From assembly GCA_002811645.1 (NCBI GenBank), contig PDIP01000105.1, positions 94,573-158,572 of the forward strand: DNA of 64,000 nt, read 5' to 3'. This DNA comes from Corallochytrium limacisporum Hawaii. Its lineage: Eukaryota > Protista > Pluriformea. This document shows, one piece after another, positions 33,101 through 42,939 of this stretch. The position numbers were made by a program, and so were the translations under genes. The stretch's first letter is position 1. Every line of letters starts with the position of its first letter. The notes under the pieces are model-generated. The model saw only the letters and a program-made list of their open reading frames with translations, was not told the DNA's origin and made no database searches.

Positions 33101-35367
33101 TGGAAGCTCGCAAAGATATACTGCAAGAGAGCGATGTAGCACACTTGACCTTTTCCACTATTCTGTCTCTTCTGACAATGACCACTGGTCAGCGTGCAAG
33201 CCAGCTGTTTGACTCAGACAATCGAATTGATGGTGGCATGGGAAGCAGCAATTTGTCTCCCAGCCCACAACCGAGGCGTCAGAGGGCACTCACAACGGAT
33301 TTAGAACACGTCCCATCCTCAACAGAGGGCCCGGGCTCCGCAAAGCTGTCTCGTCGTGGTGAAATGGCTATGCAGTCCACCTCAGATGCCGATATTGCAA
33401 GCAAGGCAGGCAACGGAGACGCATCAAGTGCCATGAACGCGGTCCAGGCAGCTGCCAGAAACATGCTTTTCACTCTTGTGAACCACTTTGGTGCGTTCCC
33501 AGATATTGCTGGCATCACACGATTAACAAGTGCTATTTCCGAGAATGATGATGCCACGAAAGAGACAGAATTGTCAAGTGCCATATTCCAGTGCCCCGGT
33601 GTACAATTCTTTGCATATGGGGACCACTTGCTGTTGACGTTGATTGAGATTCCCTCGACTCCCAGACATCCCGGTCTGTGTCGAGTAATTGTCCGTGATG
33701 TTCGTGGCAAATACACATGGGACCTGCAGTTGGAGAATGAAGATATTGCGCTGCCAACGAGCAACCCTTTGGATGTCAATGGTGGTCCGTACGGAATGAT
33801 GGGGGATACCGTCGAAAAGGGGGAGAATGGCGTTGTGCCCTACCCCGGTGTTGTGCGCGATTACCAGATGAAATCTGGTCTTTCGACGAGCAGCGGTGGT
33901 CCTGATGATGTCAACTGTCCGCTGTTGACCGACGAGTCTGGTCCCGGTGCCCTGGGAATCAAACCGGGTGCGGATGTCTTAGACTCTGCTCGCCCCATTG
34001 AGGATGACTTAAAAGATGGGTTGTCGCAAAGAGCCAGTAGTCAAGGTGGCAGCCGAACTTTGGCTCCAAATTGTTTGAACGACAGCCAGACTTCAGCCAG
34101 CGCTTCCACGATGATACGTGGCATCGGATCACAAGGTCTGGCACTGGGCTCGATGGGTCAACTTGCCCACAGCCGCCGTGCTGACTATCGCAGTGTTCAC
34201 TCTCTCACTAGTCCCCGTGGAGACGAATCTGATGATATAGATGGTGACAACTTGGCTCCACAGGTGGACCCCAGTGTGCTTGTTCTGCCTCGTCTGGATG
34301 TGCGAGTGCCCACGGCGGACGTCCTTGACGAGCTCCTTCAGTACATTGGCAACAGTGCTCCCGAGAATCTACCCACCGATTCGCGTCCCCTTAATTGCAT
34401 TGCACCGGCTCCAGAATCCGTTGTAGCTATCGAAGATGCTCTCTGCGAGACAATTGAAGACTACGCCCTGAAATCTGCGTATGACCAGATGATACATGCT
34501 CACAAGGTGATTAACCGCCTTGAACCACCACCAGTGTGCCCAATCTTCGACAACTTCCACTACTGTCGCCTGTTCATCTCACATATGGGCCTTCTCGATT
34601 GGAAGAACCGTCAGCACTTCCAGCTGCTCAAAAAGAATGACAACCTCATCCGGCGCATCAAACAGCTTGACAAGGTTAGTTCTCGAGACTACCACAAGAT
34701 CGGCATTGTCTACGTCGGTCGCGGGCAAGAGGATGAGGCCAGCATCCTTGGCAATACCCAGGGTAGTGTTGCCTATGAGACGTTTGTTTCCAGTCTCGGG
34801 TGGGAAATTGATCTCGCTTCGCACACCGGTTTTATGGGAGGGCTCAGTGCCAGTGGCCTGAATGGCAAGACGACGCCCTACTACGCCACGGCAACCATGG
34901 AAGTCATCTTCCACGTGTCCACGCGTATGCCGCAAGTCGACGATGATCCCAAGCATTTCCGCAAGAAAAAGCACATCGGTAATGATCGCGTGACCATTAT
35001 CTGGAACGAGCACACCCGCGCGTACCGCCCTGAGGTGCTCAAGAGTCGGTTCAATGATGTTATCTTCATTATCACGCCGCTGAAGAATGGTACGTTCCTT
35101 GTAGAGATTGAAAGGAAGCCTGAAGTTCCTGTCTTCGGAGTCCTCGAGCACGGCACCGTGGTCACGATGCGGTGCCTCGGGCCCCTCATCCGTGCCACTG
35201 CCATCAATGCTAATCGTGCTGTCATGTCGCTCGAGTTGGGATACCAGTCCTACAGCGAGCAGCGTGAGACATATCTGAAAGAAATCCTGACCAACCATAA
35301 GATGCACAGCAGTGCCGAGTTCTTCATGGGTGCCACACTGGTCCCGTCCATCGCCGTGGCAAACTGA
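30106..35367 (+). CDS. RALGAPA: Ral GTPase-activating protein alpha subunit
   Basis: N-terminal KRFKAL...QQFFSENAFAIYFVVREN and C-terminal Rap-GAP domain HKIGIVYVGRGQED...LGWEIDL...GFMGGL...EVIFHVSTRMP...KKKHIGND. First ATG in the exon is 30106; it may start at 29939 via the intron. Confidence 0.9.
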   Translation: MSSRRSRSPISPRDARETPRSSILSLGGRKPSNWATVQQFFNTKEKIEDYKRGGKMQKKIETFFKEDKDSSKRFKALWTFLEGTSVREQQQFFSENAFAIYFVVRENIAILEMSVKNRLLKDKEASDETRKEIVDCLTVLSKMMQYVPDLIRQRWQEVSMSQILRKCTAAGNTADVRSEGLNILLTWLLTFEELKTPTLVINLFENMFDLNQFVPKEKANIIELRERRSSGVVEAPIVPLPKDTDLDTQQVTVDQLSLLLNYMGSSIEIFKRLWHLLKVKYLVDLYPEPCRENGLLASDSTNGFPLCPMRIELVMLEYVIKWLRGDSEVHAEIRSYLSQCPIDIMLVTEILRQGFYLPFDEADSIIMTVDLYGWMLENDDSFMFLKDEALFGDAPPYFVYGYQNYVRLFIDHASRIFFTDVTDHDTALATRVFLRVFSFYQTLSQSSKNSAEKITEYLLQTIMSITEQMLQGAERMTRQSKDIEATESYRADEFYLSVGKYVTRNLLSMWIRANVTTPLSRELWAGLLQLLSGMADRSSVIENWRACMLELTYMLGDIVYEVKLDKLPLNLSRSKSRRFRDEQTANINLNEPKNVKEDSKGLSNANMTMPILNMAVELHPQIVEVLEGEDLMRHYEETTNFQDSELEPEQIVYLWKNMLSIVGDMNEIKSPQIYAMAMDALEALWTNLYIIRANMGIGADGKAISMEHRKTPPLFYMSSWVFEACERDIAYLDGKYTAYRMLCRMMIRRLDHDVPSHYWSNFYRLLHQAFTSEDEKVLSIVFRHCQSIFSLLPPGFSVIVIDFLQAAEKVLSSDSRTFGLSVRKDALGILLTLITQHRTYEGRELVILDRMSGFGKMEASYVPYVVLRSRLWTILKKAVTEEPFEETRYMGFSGLTTLVFEEMSYNPTTQMVVDALNIFLGLLSFPDRNVASLAVSSIDLMRERKSNIIRVCPDIESRVIEGILQAIRPLASKAIGDGSNSPSRSIVVQLFACLLPWFMEARKDILQESDVAHLTFSTILSLLTMTTGQRASQLFDSDNRIDGGMGSSNLSPSPQPRRQRALTTDLEHVPSSTEGPGSAKLSRRGEMAMQSTSDADIASKAGNGDASSAMNAVQAAARNMLFTLVNHFGAFPDIAGITRLTSAISENDDATKETELSSAIFQCPGVQFFAYGDHLLLTLIEIPSTPRHPGLCRVIVRDVRGKYTWDLQLENEDIALPTSNPLDVNGGPYGMMGDTVEKGENGVVPYPGVVRDYQMKSGLSTSSGGPDDVNCPLLTDESGPGALGIKPGADVLDSARPIEDDLKDGLSQRASSQGGSRTLAPNCLNDSQTSASASTMIRGIGSQGLALGSMGQLAHSRRADYRSVHSLTSPRGDESDDIDGDNLAPQVDPSVLVLPRLDVRVPTADVLDELLQYIGNSAPENLPTDSRPLNCIAPAPESVVAIEDALCETIEDYALKSAYDQMIHAHKVINRLEPPPVCPIFDNFHYCRLFISHMGLLDWKNRQHFQLLKKNDNLIRRIKQLDKVSSRDYHKIGIVYVGRGQEDEASILGNTQGSVAYETFVSSLGWEIDLASHTGFMGGLSASGLNGKTTPYYATATMEVIFHVSTRMPQVDDDPKHFRKKKHIGNDRVTIIWNEHTRAYRPEVLKSRFNDVIFIITPLKNGTFLVEIERKPEVPVFGVLEHGTVVTMRCLGPLIRATAINANRAVMSLELGYQSYSEQRETYLKEILTNHKMHSSAEFFMGATLVPSIAVAN

Positions 35368-35501
35368 ATACGTGAGAACGAACAAACTGTACAATGGAAA
35401 AACGACAAGTAGTAAATCTTACTTCTAATCAAGGAACGAATGGAAACGTAGGTGATGTATTTTACACGGTGGTTCGATAATAAATTCGTTGGTTATTCGC
35501 T

Positions 35502-36230
35502 TTACAGTCGGCGCCTACGAGGAGGACGGCAACCATTGTGGGGTTGCCGTGTCTTGTCAACAAGTGCCACAATGTTGATACCGGTCCTGCCAATCTGTTC
35601 CACCACACGGCTACGGTGGGGACCCACTCCCTTCAGCACAACTACGCACGTATCAATCTGAAGGTCTTGCATGCGCTTCACCAGCAACTGGGCTGCTGTT
35701 TCCGCTGCATAGGGCGTCGACCGCCGCGAGTTCTTGAACCCACAGACACTCGGGGTGACCCAGGTAATGACATCCCCGTTCGGCTTGGTGAGAGTTAGAC
35801 GGGTGAGATTGCGGGTGGTTTGAATGTTGACATTGTGGAAGCAGCGCTCGACGGGCTTCTCTCCCGCAGTTGTAGCGATGTCACGGTCTCCCGCACCCCA
35901 CGTCTGCCTGCCCAATTGGTCCATGGGTGCAACGTCCGCAGCCGCCCTGTCAGAGTTTGTGATTGGTGGTGCGTTCAGTTTGTTCTCGTAGCTCTGTAAG
36001 AGTTTCTTTCCGGCTTCAGTCGCAGCCGCAGGGATGCGAAGCATGGTGGCGTGCATAGGCCGCATGGTACCCCGCACAGAAGCTGGAGTCTGGTTACTTC
36101 CAGATGTGACGCCTGAATTGCTCCGGATTTGTGTAATGACTCGTGCATACCTGGTAGGCACAATGCCATGTCTAAGCTGAGTAACACCTGCCCGAGTGAA
36201 CGGCGCTCTTACTCCGAACACTCTGAGCAT
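35502..36230 (-). CDS. MRPS11: Mitochondrial ribosomal protein uS11m
   Basis: Arg-rich presequence, GFKNSRRSTPYAA, VVLKGVGPHR, C-terminal PHNGCRPPRRRRL. Confidence 0.92.
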   Translation of the reverse strand: MLRVFGVRAPFTRAGVTQLRHGIVPTRYARVITQIRSNSGVTSGSNQTPASVRGTMRPMHATMLRIPAAATEAGKKLLQSYENKLNAPPITNSDRAAADVAPMDQLGRQTWGAGDRDIATTAGEKPVERCFHNVNIQTTRNLTRLTLTKPNGDVITWVTPSVCGFKNSRRSTPYAAETAAQLLVKRMQDLQIDTCVVVLKGVGPHRSRVVEQIGRTGINIVALVDKTRQPHNGCRPPRRRRL

Positions 36231-36818
36231 TTTGGTTCGATGGACTAAAGCTATTCTGTGTTATTATCTTGTGACCTTACAAACCTAGTTCATGCTAGCA
36301 TACATTCACTTGTCTGGTCGTTGCAACCCTCAAATATGCAGATGGCTGTCTGGCTGTGTATCCGTTTATATGAGCACAAGTTGAAATAGCAAGAATGTAC
36401 AATAACAAGGAAGTGTGTGGATATCAATGATCAGCATAAAAAAGTACGCGGGACACAGACATAAAGGAAACCGGCGACGCGATGAACGGAGTTTCGTATT
36501 CGCCGCTAAGGTCTCCGTGCAACAATCGTCCAAGTCTCAGGGAGGAGCGGCCGCGCACACATGCGCCTCACCTCAGTTCACATTCCCGTCACTCTGCTCC
36601 CTCTCCACCCGGGAAAATTGATCAATATATCAATTAAAAAATAACAAAATCCTACCAGCCCCCTCGGATTAAAAAGTAATTAGTTGCAGGAGCCACAGGG
36701 TTTGTATGGGCTGGACCAGTATCTGCTATATTTAGCAACGGCCCGCCACTAAGAACGCTGGGGAGGTTGATGGTTTTTGGGGAGGAAAAAGGGGGGGTGG
36801 GGGGGGGGGCAGCGGAAC

Positions 36819-37005
36819 NNNNNNNNNNNNNNNNNNNNNNNNNNNNNNNNNNNNNNNNNNNNNNNNNNNNNNNNNNNNNNNNNNNNNNNNNNNNNNNNNN
36901 NNNNNNNNNNNNNNNNNNNNNNNNNNNNNNNNNNNNNNNNNNNNNNNNNNNNNNNNNNNNNNNNNNNNNNNNNNNNNNNNNNNNNNNNNNNNNNNNNNNN
37001 NNNNN
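36819..37005. other. Assembly gap in the MRPS11/ACOX divergent intergenic
   Basis: N run with G-runs on both sides. Confidence 0.99.
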
Positions 37006-37555
37006 GGGGGGGGGGGGGGGACAGCGGAACTTGAGGGGTCGGCTAAGCGGAAGGTTCTGTAAAACTCATAGTGTGAGTATGAGGAATTACCACCCAAAAC
37101 CCAGTCAACAGTCGAACCACAAGAGTTCCGTTTCGTTGCTTCCTTACACAATCCAGATGCACAGCAGACACGTACACAATACGAGAGGGGACGAGACCAC
37201 TCCCTGTGCGAGCCATCTACTATTGCTGTGGAACTGGTGGCAAACCGGAACTGCGCAGTCGATGACTAGAAATAGAGCATCAGGAGATCCAATCCTGCGG
37301 GGCGTTTCCAGGTCTTTGCGGTCGATAGGGACTGTCCGATCACTTCAAACTTTTTTGGTTTCCCCAAGAAGTAAGCTATCGTTTGTGTCAAAGAAGTAGA
37401 GCGGCGATAAATAGGTATTCTCAGGACTCTCGCGTGTGGTATAAATAGGTGGTCTCGCACCCTCCATGGGGGCGAGCGCCGACAAACCATCATCGAGCGT
37501 AAACAGTTCTCTCACTAGCGTTGTAACAACTCATTGGGAAAATTTTGCGTTAATC

Positions 37556-39559
37556 ATGCCGGACCAGACCACGAAAGATCTGCAGAACGAGCGGGCTAAG
37601 GCTACCTTCAATTCCCGGGAGCTGACCTACGTACTCGACGGCGGCAGGGAAAACACTGAGAAGATTGAACGTATCCGTCGCCTGGTCGAAACGGACCCCG
37701 TGTTCTATAAGCTGGACCGCATATTCAAGTCTCGCAAGGAACACTATGTAAACAATCTGGCCAAGGTCAAGCGCGCTCTGGAGCTTCGCTTCTCCTTAGG
37801 AATGGACGAAGAAGAGTGGAAGATCATGTTCAAGGAAATCGACGAACCTTTGCCCACCACTCTGCACGAGTTGGCTTTCCTGCCAACTCTGCGCGCACAA
37901 TGTGACGAGGAGCAGTACGAGGAATGGGTACCCCGCTCCGAACGCTACGAGATCATCGGATCCTACGCCCAGACTGAACTTGCCCACGGTAGCAATGTCC
38001 GTGGTCTACAGACCACTGCGACATTCATCCCAGAAACCGATGAAATTGAGCTCAACACTCCGGAACTGTCGGCCGCTAAGTGGTGGCCTGGTTCCATGGG
38101 CCGCACTGCCAACTTTACCATTGTCTACGCCCAGCTCATCGTCGGTGCCAAGAACTACGGCGTACACCCGTTCATCTTGCAGATCCGCGATTTCGAAACC
38201 CACCGCGCTATGCCCGGCATCCGGTGCTTCGACATGGGCCCGAAGATGGGCATGAGCACCATCGACAATGGCTGTCTCATTATGGACCACGTTCGCATTC
38301 CTCGACGTCAGATGCTCATGAAGTTCAGCAAGCTGGAAGCTGACGGCACCTATGTCCTGCCTCCCCACGCCAAGTTGGCGTACGGCACCATGACCGAGAT
38401 TCGTGCCGGAATTGTCAAGGCTGCCGGCTATGAGCTTTCCAAGGGGGTCACTATTGCTGTGCGTTACTCTGCGGTGCGTCGTCAGGGCTACATTGGTGAG
38501 AGCCAGATTGAACTCCAGGTCATTGACTACAAGACCCAGCAGTGGCGCGTGTTCCCGCAGCTTGCCAGCGCCTATGCTCTGAAGTTTACTGGCGACTACA
38601 TGATGGAACAGTTCCATACCATGTACAACCAAATGATGCAAGGCAATGTATCTATGCTTCCCGAGACCCATGCCTCCAGTGCTGGTCTTAAGTCTATCAC
38701 CACTCGCATGGCTGGTGATGGCCTTGAACAGCTGCGTCGCGCCTGTGGTGGAGCTGGCTATCTGCGGAGTTCTGGCATTGCTGATTTGGTGGGCGACTAT
38801 GCCGGTAACATCACTGCCGAGGGTGAAGCCTACCTCCTGCCCCAACAAACGACCCGCTTCCTGATCAAGCTGGCCCAAGGTCTTGCGGCCGGAAAGGTCA
38901 AGAAGGTCCCTGAGTCCGCTGCCTACCTGGCTGCCTACAAGCCCGGCAACAAGGCCAACGAGAACAGTGACGTGCGCAGCATTCAATTCCTGCGCGGAGC
39001 CTACGGCCACCGTGCCGCCCGCCTTGTCGCTGACCTGTCCCGCCGTATGCAGAAGAGCGTTCAGAGCGGCAAGACTTTTGAGGAGGCCAATATTGAGAAC
39101 CAGTGGGAGGTCATCGAGGCCAGCGATGCTCACTGTATGGCCCTTATCCTGGAGTCCTTCTCCAGTCGCCTGCAGAGCATGGCTGGGGACCTGCGAGCGC
39201 CTGTGAAGCCTCTGTTTGACCTGTTTGCCCTGTACCATATTGAGAAGGATCTGGGTCAGTTCATGAAGGACGGTTACTTGTCGTTGGGAATTTCTGAAAA
39301 GATCCGCAATGAAATTCGTAACATCATGAATGAGATCCGCCCCAATGCGGTTGCCCTGGTGGACGCCTTCAACTTTTCTGATTTCGGCCTGAATACTGCC
39401 ATTGGCAAGTACGATGGCCGTCCCTATGAAGGGCTATTCCTCATCGCCCAGAAGGAACCATTGAACCAGACCGACGTTGTCGTCGGCTACGAGGAGCACC
39501 TCAGCAAGATCATCAAGCAGCAGCTGTTCAGTCCCACTGGCAACATGTCAAAGATCTAA
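37556..39559 (+). CDS. ACOX1: Peroxisomal acyl-CoA oxidase
   Basis: DLQNER, YAQTELAHGSNVRGLQTTAT, KWWPG, AVRYSAVRRQ, RRACGG, TAEGE and PTS1-like -SKI terminus. An upstream in-frame ATG at 37466 is also possible. Confidence 0.93.
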   Translation: MPDQTTKDLQNERAKATFNSRELTYVLDGGRENTEKIERIRRLVETDPVFYKLDRIFKSRKEHYVNNLAKVKRALELRFSLGMDEEEWKIMFKEIDEPLPTTLHELAFLPTLRAQCDEEQYEEWVPRSERYEIIGSYAQTELAHGSNVRGLQTTATFIPETDEIELNTPELSAAKWWPGSMGRTANFTIVYAQLIVGAKNYGVHPFILQIRDFETHRAMPGIRCFDMGPKMGMSTIDNGCLIMDHVRIPRRQMLMKFSKLEADGTYVLPPHAKLAYGTMTEIRAGIVKAAGYELSKGVTIAVRYSAVRRQGYIGESQIELQVIDYKTQQWRVFPQLASAYALKFTGDYMMEQFHTMYNQMMQGNVSMLPETHASSAGLKSITTRMAGDGLEQLRRACGGAGYLRSSGIADLVGDYAGNITAEGEAYLLPQQTTRFLIKLAQGLAAGKVKKVPESAAYLAAYKPGNKANENSDVRSIQFLRGAYGHRAARLVADLSRRMQKSVQSGKTFEEANIENQWEVIEASDAHCMALILESFSSRLQSMAGDLRAPVKPLFDLFALYHIEKDLGQFMKDGYLSLGISEKIRNEIRNIMNEIRPNAVALVDAFNFSDFGLNTAIGKYDGRPYEGLFLIAQKEPLNQTDVVVGYEEHLSKIIKQQLFSPTGNMSKI

Positions 39560-40251
39560 TCTTTGCTCTCCCCACCGTGATACACCGGTACGCCGACGAT
39601 TATTCCCTGGGCACTTTCTGCTCTCTACAATATCATCGTTACAAATCAATCCAGTAGACTACCAATACACCCGCATCGAGGCATTGAAACATCCCGAAAG
39701 ACAAAAACCCGTGCCCACTCTTCGTCTGTCGCTCTCACTCCCTAAATCCACATTCCCACTCCCCGATCCCCTTCCCCGCTGTCCCTCCCGCCAGGTAACC
39801 CTCCTTCTCTCGTTCCCCCCGCCCGAGGGGGGGGGGGTGTTTAAAAGGCGGGTTAGCGCGACCAACAACAAAATAGCATAGCAAAATAGCAGAGAGGTGC
39901 ACACAAAGAAAGGGAGAGAGCCGCCTGCCGCTGCGGACAAGAAAACACGCCGTGGCCGCTCAGGGTTCGTCCTAACCCTCTGTGGTTGGCGTGATCCAGT
40001 GCCGCAGACAAGGAGCGGCAGTAGAGAAATTTTCCATGCCACAAACAGACAAGATGCGCCAGTCTAAGGTGCACGGTGAAGGTGTCCAAAACACACCTCC
40101 ATCACCCCACAAGAACCCTTGTGCTCTATGCAGTCAACCACGCTTGGTAGTGCGTATTCTATAGGTGACTTTGGGTATTCGCCAGCGGCAACGTTGCGCA
40201 TTGGTGTGGAAGAATCCTTTTTGGCAGTAGGTTTTCGAACAGTCTTCGGAC

Positions 40252-41928
40252 ATGCCAAACTACGTGCTTTCCATTGACCAAGGCACCTCCAGCACTCGGA
40301 CCATTGTGTTCGAGGCTGGACGGGCTGAGATTATTACATCGTCTCAAGTGGAAGAGCAGCAAATCACTCCACAGGAAGGTTGGGTGGAGATGGACCCCTT
40401 GGCAATCATGGACTCTGTCAACAAAACCATGGTGAGTGCAGTGGAAAAGCTACGTGAAAAGATGCCGGACTTGGATGTGGAAGAAGATCTAAAGGCAATT
40501 GGCATCACCAACCAGCGTGAAACCACGGTAGTGTGGAATAGGAAGACCGGCAAGCCATACCACAATGCGATTGTTTGGCTTGATGGTCGTACCAGTGAAA
40601 CCGTTGAGAAGCTGCAGGCGAGGGTGGGCGGCGACATGTACCACTTTCAGAAGACCAACGGCTTACCCTTCAGTACCTACTTCAGTGCCTTCAAGATTCG
40701 TTGGCTGATGGACAATGTCCGTGGCGTGGCCGAAGCGATAGCCAGAGGCGAGGCTTTGATGGGTACCATCGACAGCTGGGTTGTATGGAACTTAACGGGC
40801 GGTCCAGATGGCGGCAGCTACGTGACCGACGTGAGCAATGCCTCTCGGTATTTCCTGATGAACTTGGGGACTCTGCAGTGGGATCCCAACATTTGCCGCT
40901 TCTTCGGCATCGAGCCATTCTCATTGCCTCGTATTTGCAGCAGTTCGGAGGTGGTGGGCGCCATCATGCACGGTCCCCTCCGGGGGACCAAGGTCTGTGG
41001 CATCCTTGGTGATCAACAGGCGGCCTTGGTGGGCCATGGGTGTCTGGAAGAAGGCAGTGCGAAGAACACATATGGTACGGGCTGCTTTCTGCTGTACAAC
41101 ACAGGTGAGACGGAGGTCATTTCCCGGCATGGTCTGCTTACTACCGTGGCGTACAAATTGGGACCACGGGCGAAGCCAGTGTACGCCCTTGAAGGCGCGA
41201 TTGCAATCGCGGGCGCTGCGACTCGCTGGCTTAGGGATAAGCTGAAGCTGATCGAGGATTTAAAGGATGTCGAGACGGCGGCCAGGCGGGTGGATAACAG
41301 CGGCGATGTTTACTTTGTGCCTGCTTTTAACGGACTCTTCGCGCCCCATTGGCGGATGGATGCGCGCGGCGTCATGTGTGGCATCACGCAGTACACACAG
41401 AAGGAGCACATGTGTCGCGCCGTCCTGGAGGCCATCTGTTTTCAAACCTGTGAGATCATCGATGCAATGCGGTCAGACTGTGGCTACCAGCCCACGACTT
41501 TACGAGTTGACGGTGGCATGTCAGCCAACAAGCTCATGATGCAGATCCAGTCTGATTTCCTTGGCATCAAGGTTACCAAGCCTGACATGGAGGAAATGAC
41601 CGCCCTGGGGGCCGCCATGGTGGCCGGGAACGCCATGGGACTGTGGAATTTGGACGGAACGAGGCGAGACTACACTCAGCGCATGTTTGAACCCCACATG
41701 GATGCCGCCATGGTCGATGAGAAGAAGGAAAAGTGGAGTATGGCAGTGGAACGGTCCCTCGGATGGCATAGGACGGAGACTTCAGAACCTGCTCGGCCCT
41801 TGCCTACAGGTCGCCGGTCGTCCTTTTCCGACATACAGGATGTTATTGCCCTGCGACTTCCACTCACATCATTGAGCATCTTGGGCCTTGGCATCATCCT
41901 TGGATACAGCTTGCGCAAATTCACATGA
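40252..41928 (+). CDS. GK: Glycerol kinase with hydrophobic C-terminal tail
   Basis: IDQGTSSTR, IGITNQRETTVVW, YFSAFKIRW, GDQQAALVG, KNTYGTGCF, FVPAFNGLFAPHW, LRVDGG. Confidence 0.96.
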   Translation: MPNYVLSIDQGTSSTRTIVFEAGRAEIITSSQVEEQQITPQEGWVEMDPLAIMDSVNKTMVSAVEKLREKMPDLDVEEDLKAIGITNQRETTVVWNRKTGKPYHNAIVWLDGRTSETVEKLQARVGGDMYHFQKTNGLPFSTYFSAFKIRWLMDNVRGVAEAIARGEALMGTIDSWVVWNLTGGPDGGSYVTDVSNASRYFLMNLGTLQWDPNICRFFGIEPFSLPRICSSSEVVGAIMHGPLRGTKVCGILGDQQAALVGHGCLEEGSAKNTYGTGCFLLYNTGETEVISRHGLLTTVAYKLGPRAKPVYALEGAIAIAGAATRWLRDKLKLIEDLKDVETAARRVDNSGDVYFVPAFNGLFAPHWRMDARGVMCGITQYTQKEHMCRAVLEAICFQTCEIIDAMRSDCGYQPTTLRVDGGMSANKLMMQIQSDFLGIKVTKPDMEEMTALGAAMVAGNAMGLWNLDGTRRDYTQRMFEPHMDAAMVDEKKEKWSMAVERSLGWHRTETSEPARPLPTGRRSSFSDIQDVIALRLPLTSLSILGLGIILGYSLRKFT

Positions 41929-42006
41929 GGAGCGTTTGGCGGCTCATTGCACCATATAAATAGATGCGTACTCTGGTCTTTATTTTAAAACTGGACCCGT
42001 CGGCAA

Positions 42007-42939
42007 TCACCGACGGTCACGGTGGTGACGGCGGTCGCGATCTCTGTCTCTGTCTCTGTCTCTGTCTCTGTCTCTGTCTCTGTCTCTGTCTCTGTCTCTG
42101 TCTCTGTCTCTGTCTCTGTCTCTGTCTCTACGATGGTCCCGGTGATCATTCCGAGATCGGTAACGGTCATCTCGCCTACTACGGTCGTCTCTACGATCCC
42201 GATCCCTGTCACGGCCCCCACGGTCCCTGTCACGGTCCACTCGAGGAGATCGGCTGCGTGACCGCCCACCGCTGCCCCGACTGCACGGGGTTTCGTAGCC
42301 CGACGATTTGTAATCCCTGCCTCCTCCGCCATACGACCTGTTGAGACTGGAATTAACAATGCTCTTAAACTCACGATTGCTCACCCGAAGCTCGCGGTGA
42401 TGGATGTTGCACTTGTCGAGAGAGGCGTAGGCCATGCGTGCAGCATCTTCGTCCGTGAATTGAATGACGCAAGCACCATTTGATTTTCCACTCACGGGGT
42501 TCTCGTGAAAACGAATCAAATCGATGCTGTTTACATCTACACCTCGCTCCATGAGTTTATTCTTAAGTGTACGGTCCGAAGTATACCAGTGCATGTTTGC
42601 CACCCAAATAGAATAGATTCCGTCGCGTAGGAAGGGGGCAGGCAGCTTTGCCAGCTCTTCTCTGCTCAGCATTGGCATGGCCTCCAAGGCAGCTTTAATG
42701 TTCTCATCTGTCTCTACATCCATGGGCTTCTCTGCCTCTTCCGCACCATTGCTGTTTTTGGTTCCTTTAGCACTGTCCTCAGGTGCTGTGTGGTCCAAGG
42801 CAGGAGCGTCACCGCCCTTCCCTAGGCTAAAATCACCGAATATATCATCGGCTTGAGCTCCACCTTCTGCCTCTTCCTTGGGTTTATCCCCCCCTAAATT
42901 GAGGTCCAGGTCGTCGCCGTAAAGATTGAAGTCTCCCAT
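42007..42939 (-). CDS. CPSF6: Cleavage factor Im large subunit (CPSF6/CPSF7-like): RRM plus RS/RD tail
   Basis: N-terminal [20 protein letters not shown]...[12 protein letters not shown] (cf. YIGNLTWWTTD...FFENRANGQSKG), RS and RD-rich C-terminus. Confidence 0.8.
   Translation of the reverse strand: MGDFNLYGDDLDLNLGGDKPKEEAEGGAQADDIFGDFSLGKGGDAPALDHTAPEDSAKGTKNSNGAEEAEKPMDVETDENIKAALEAMPMLSREELAKLPAPFLRDGIYSIWVANMHWYTSDRTLKNKLMERGVDVNSIDLIRFHENPVSGKSNGACVIQFTDEDAARMAYASLDKCNIHHRELRVSNREFKSIVNSSLNRSYGGGGRDYKSSGYETPCSRGSGGRSRSRSPRVDRDRDRGGRDRDRDRRDDRSRRDDRYRSRNDHRDHRRDRDRDRDRDRDRDRDRDRDRDRDRDRDRDRDRRHHRDRR
42041..42129. repeat. Perfect (TCTCTG)n hexamer microsatellite, about 15 units, encoding the RD dipeptide run
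   Basis: Direct read; lies inside the CPSF6-like CDS. Confidence 0.95.

Noticed and set aside
38006-39238. Long antisense ORFs (410 aa opposite ACOX, 272 aa opposite the AGC kinase, 271 aa opposite RalGAPA and others)
   Set aside because: Shadows of codon-biased real genes; no recognisable motifs
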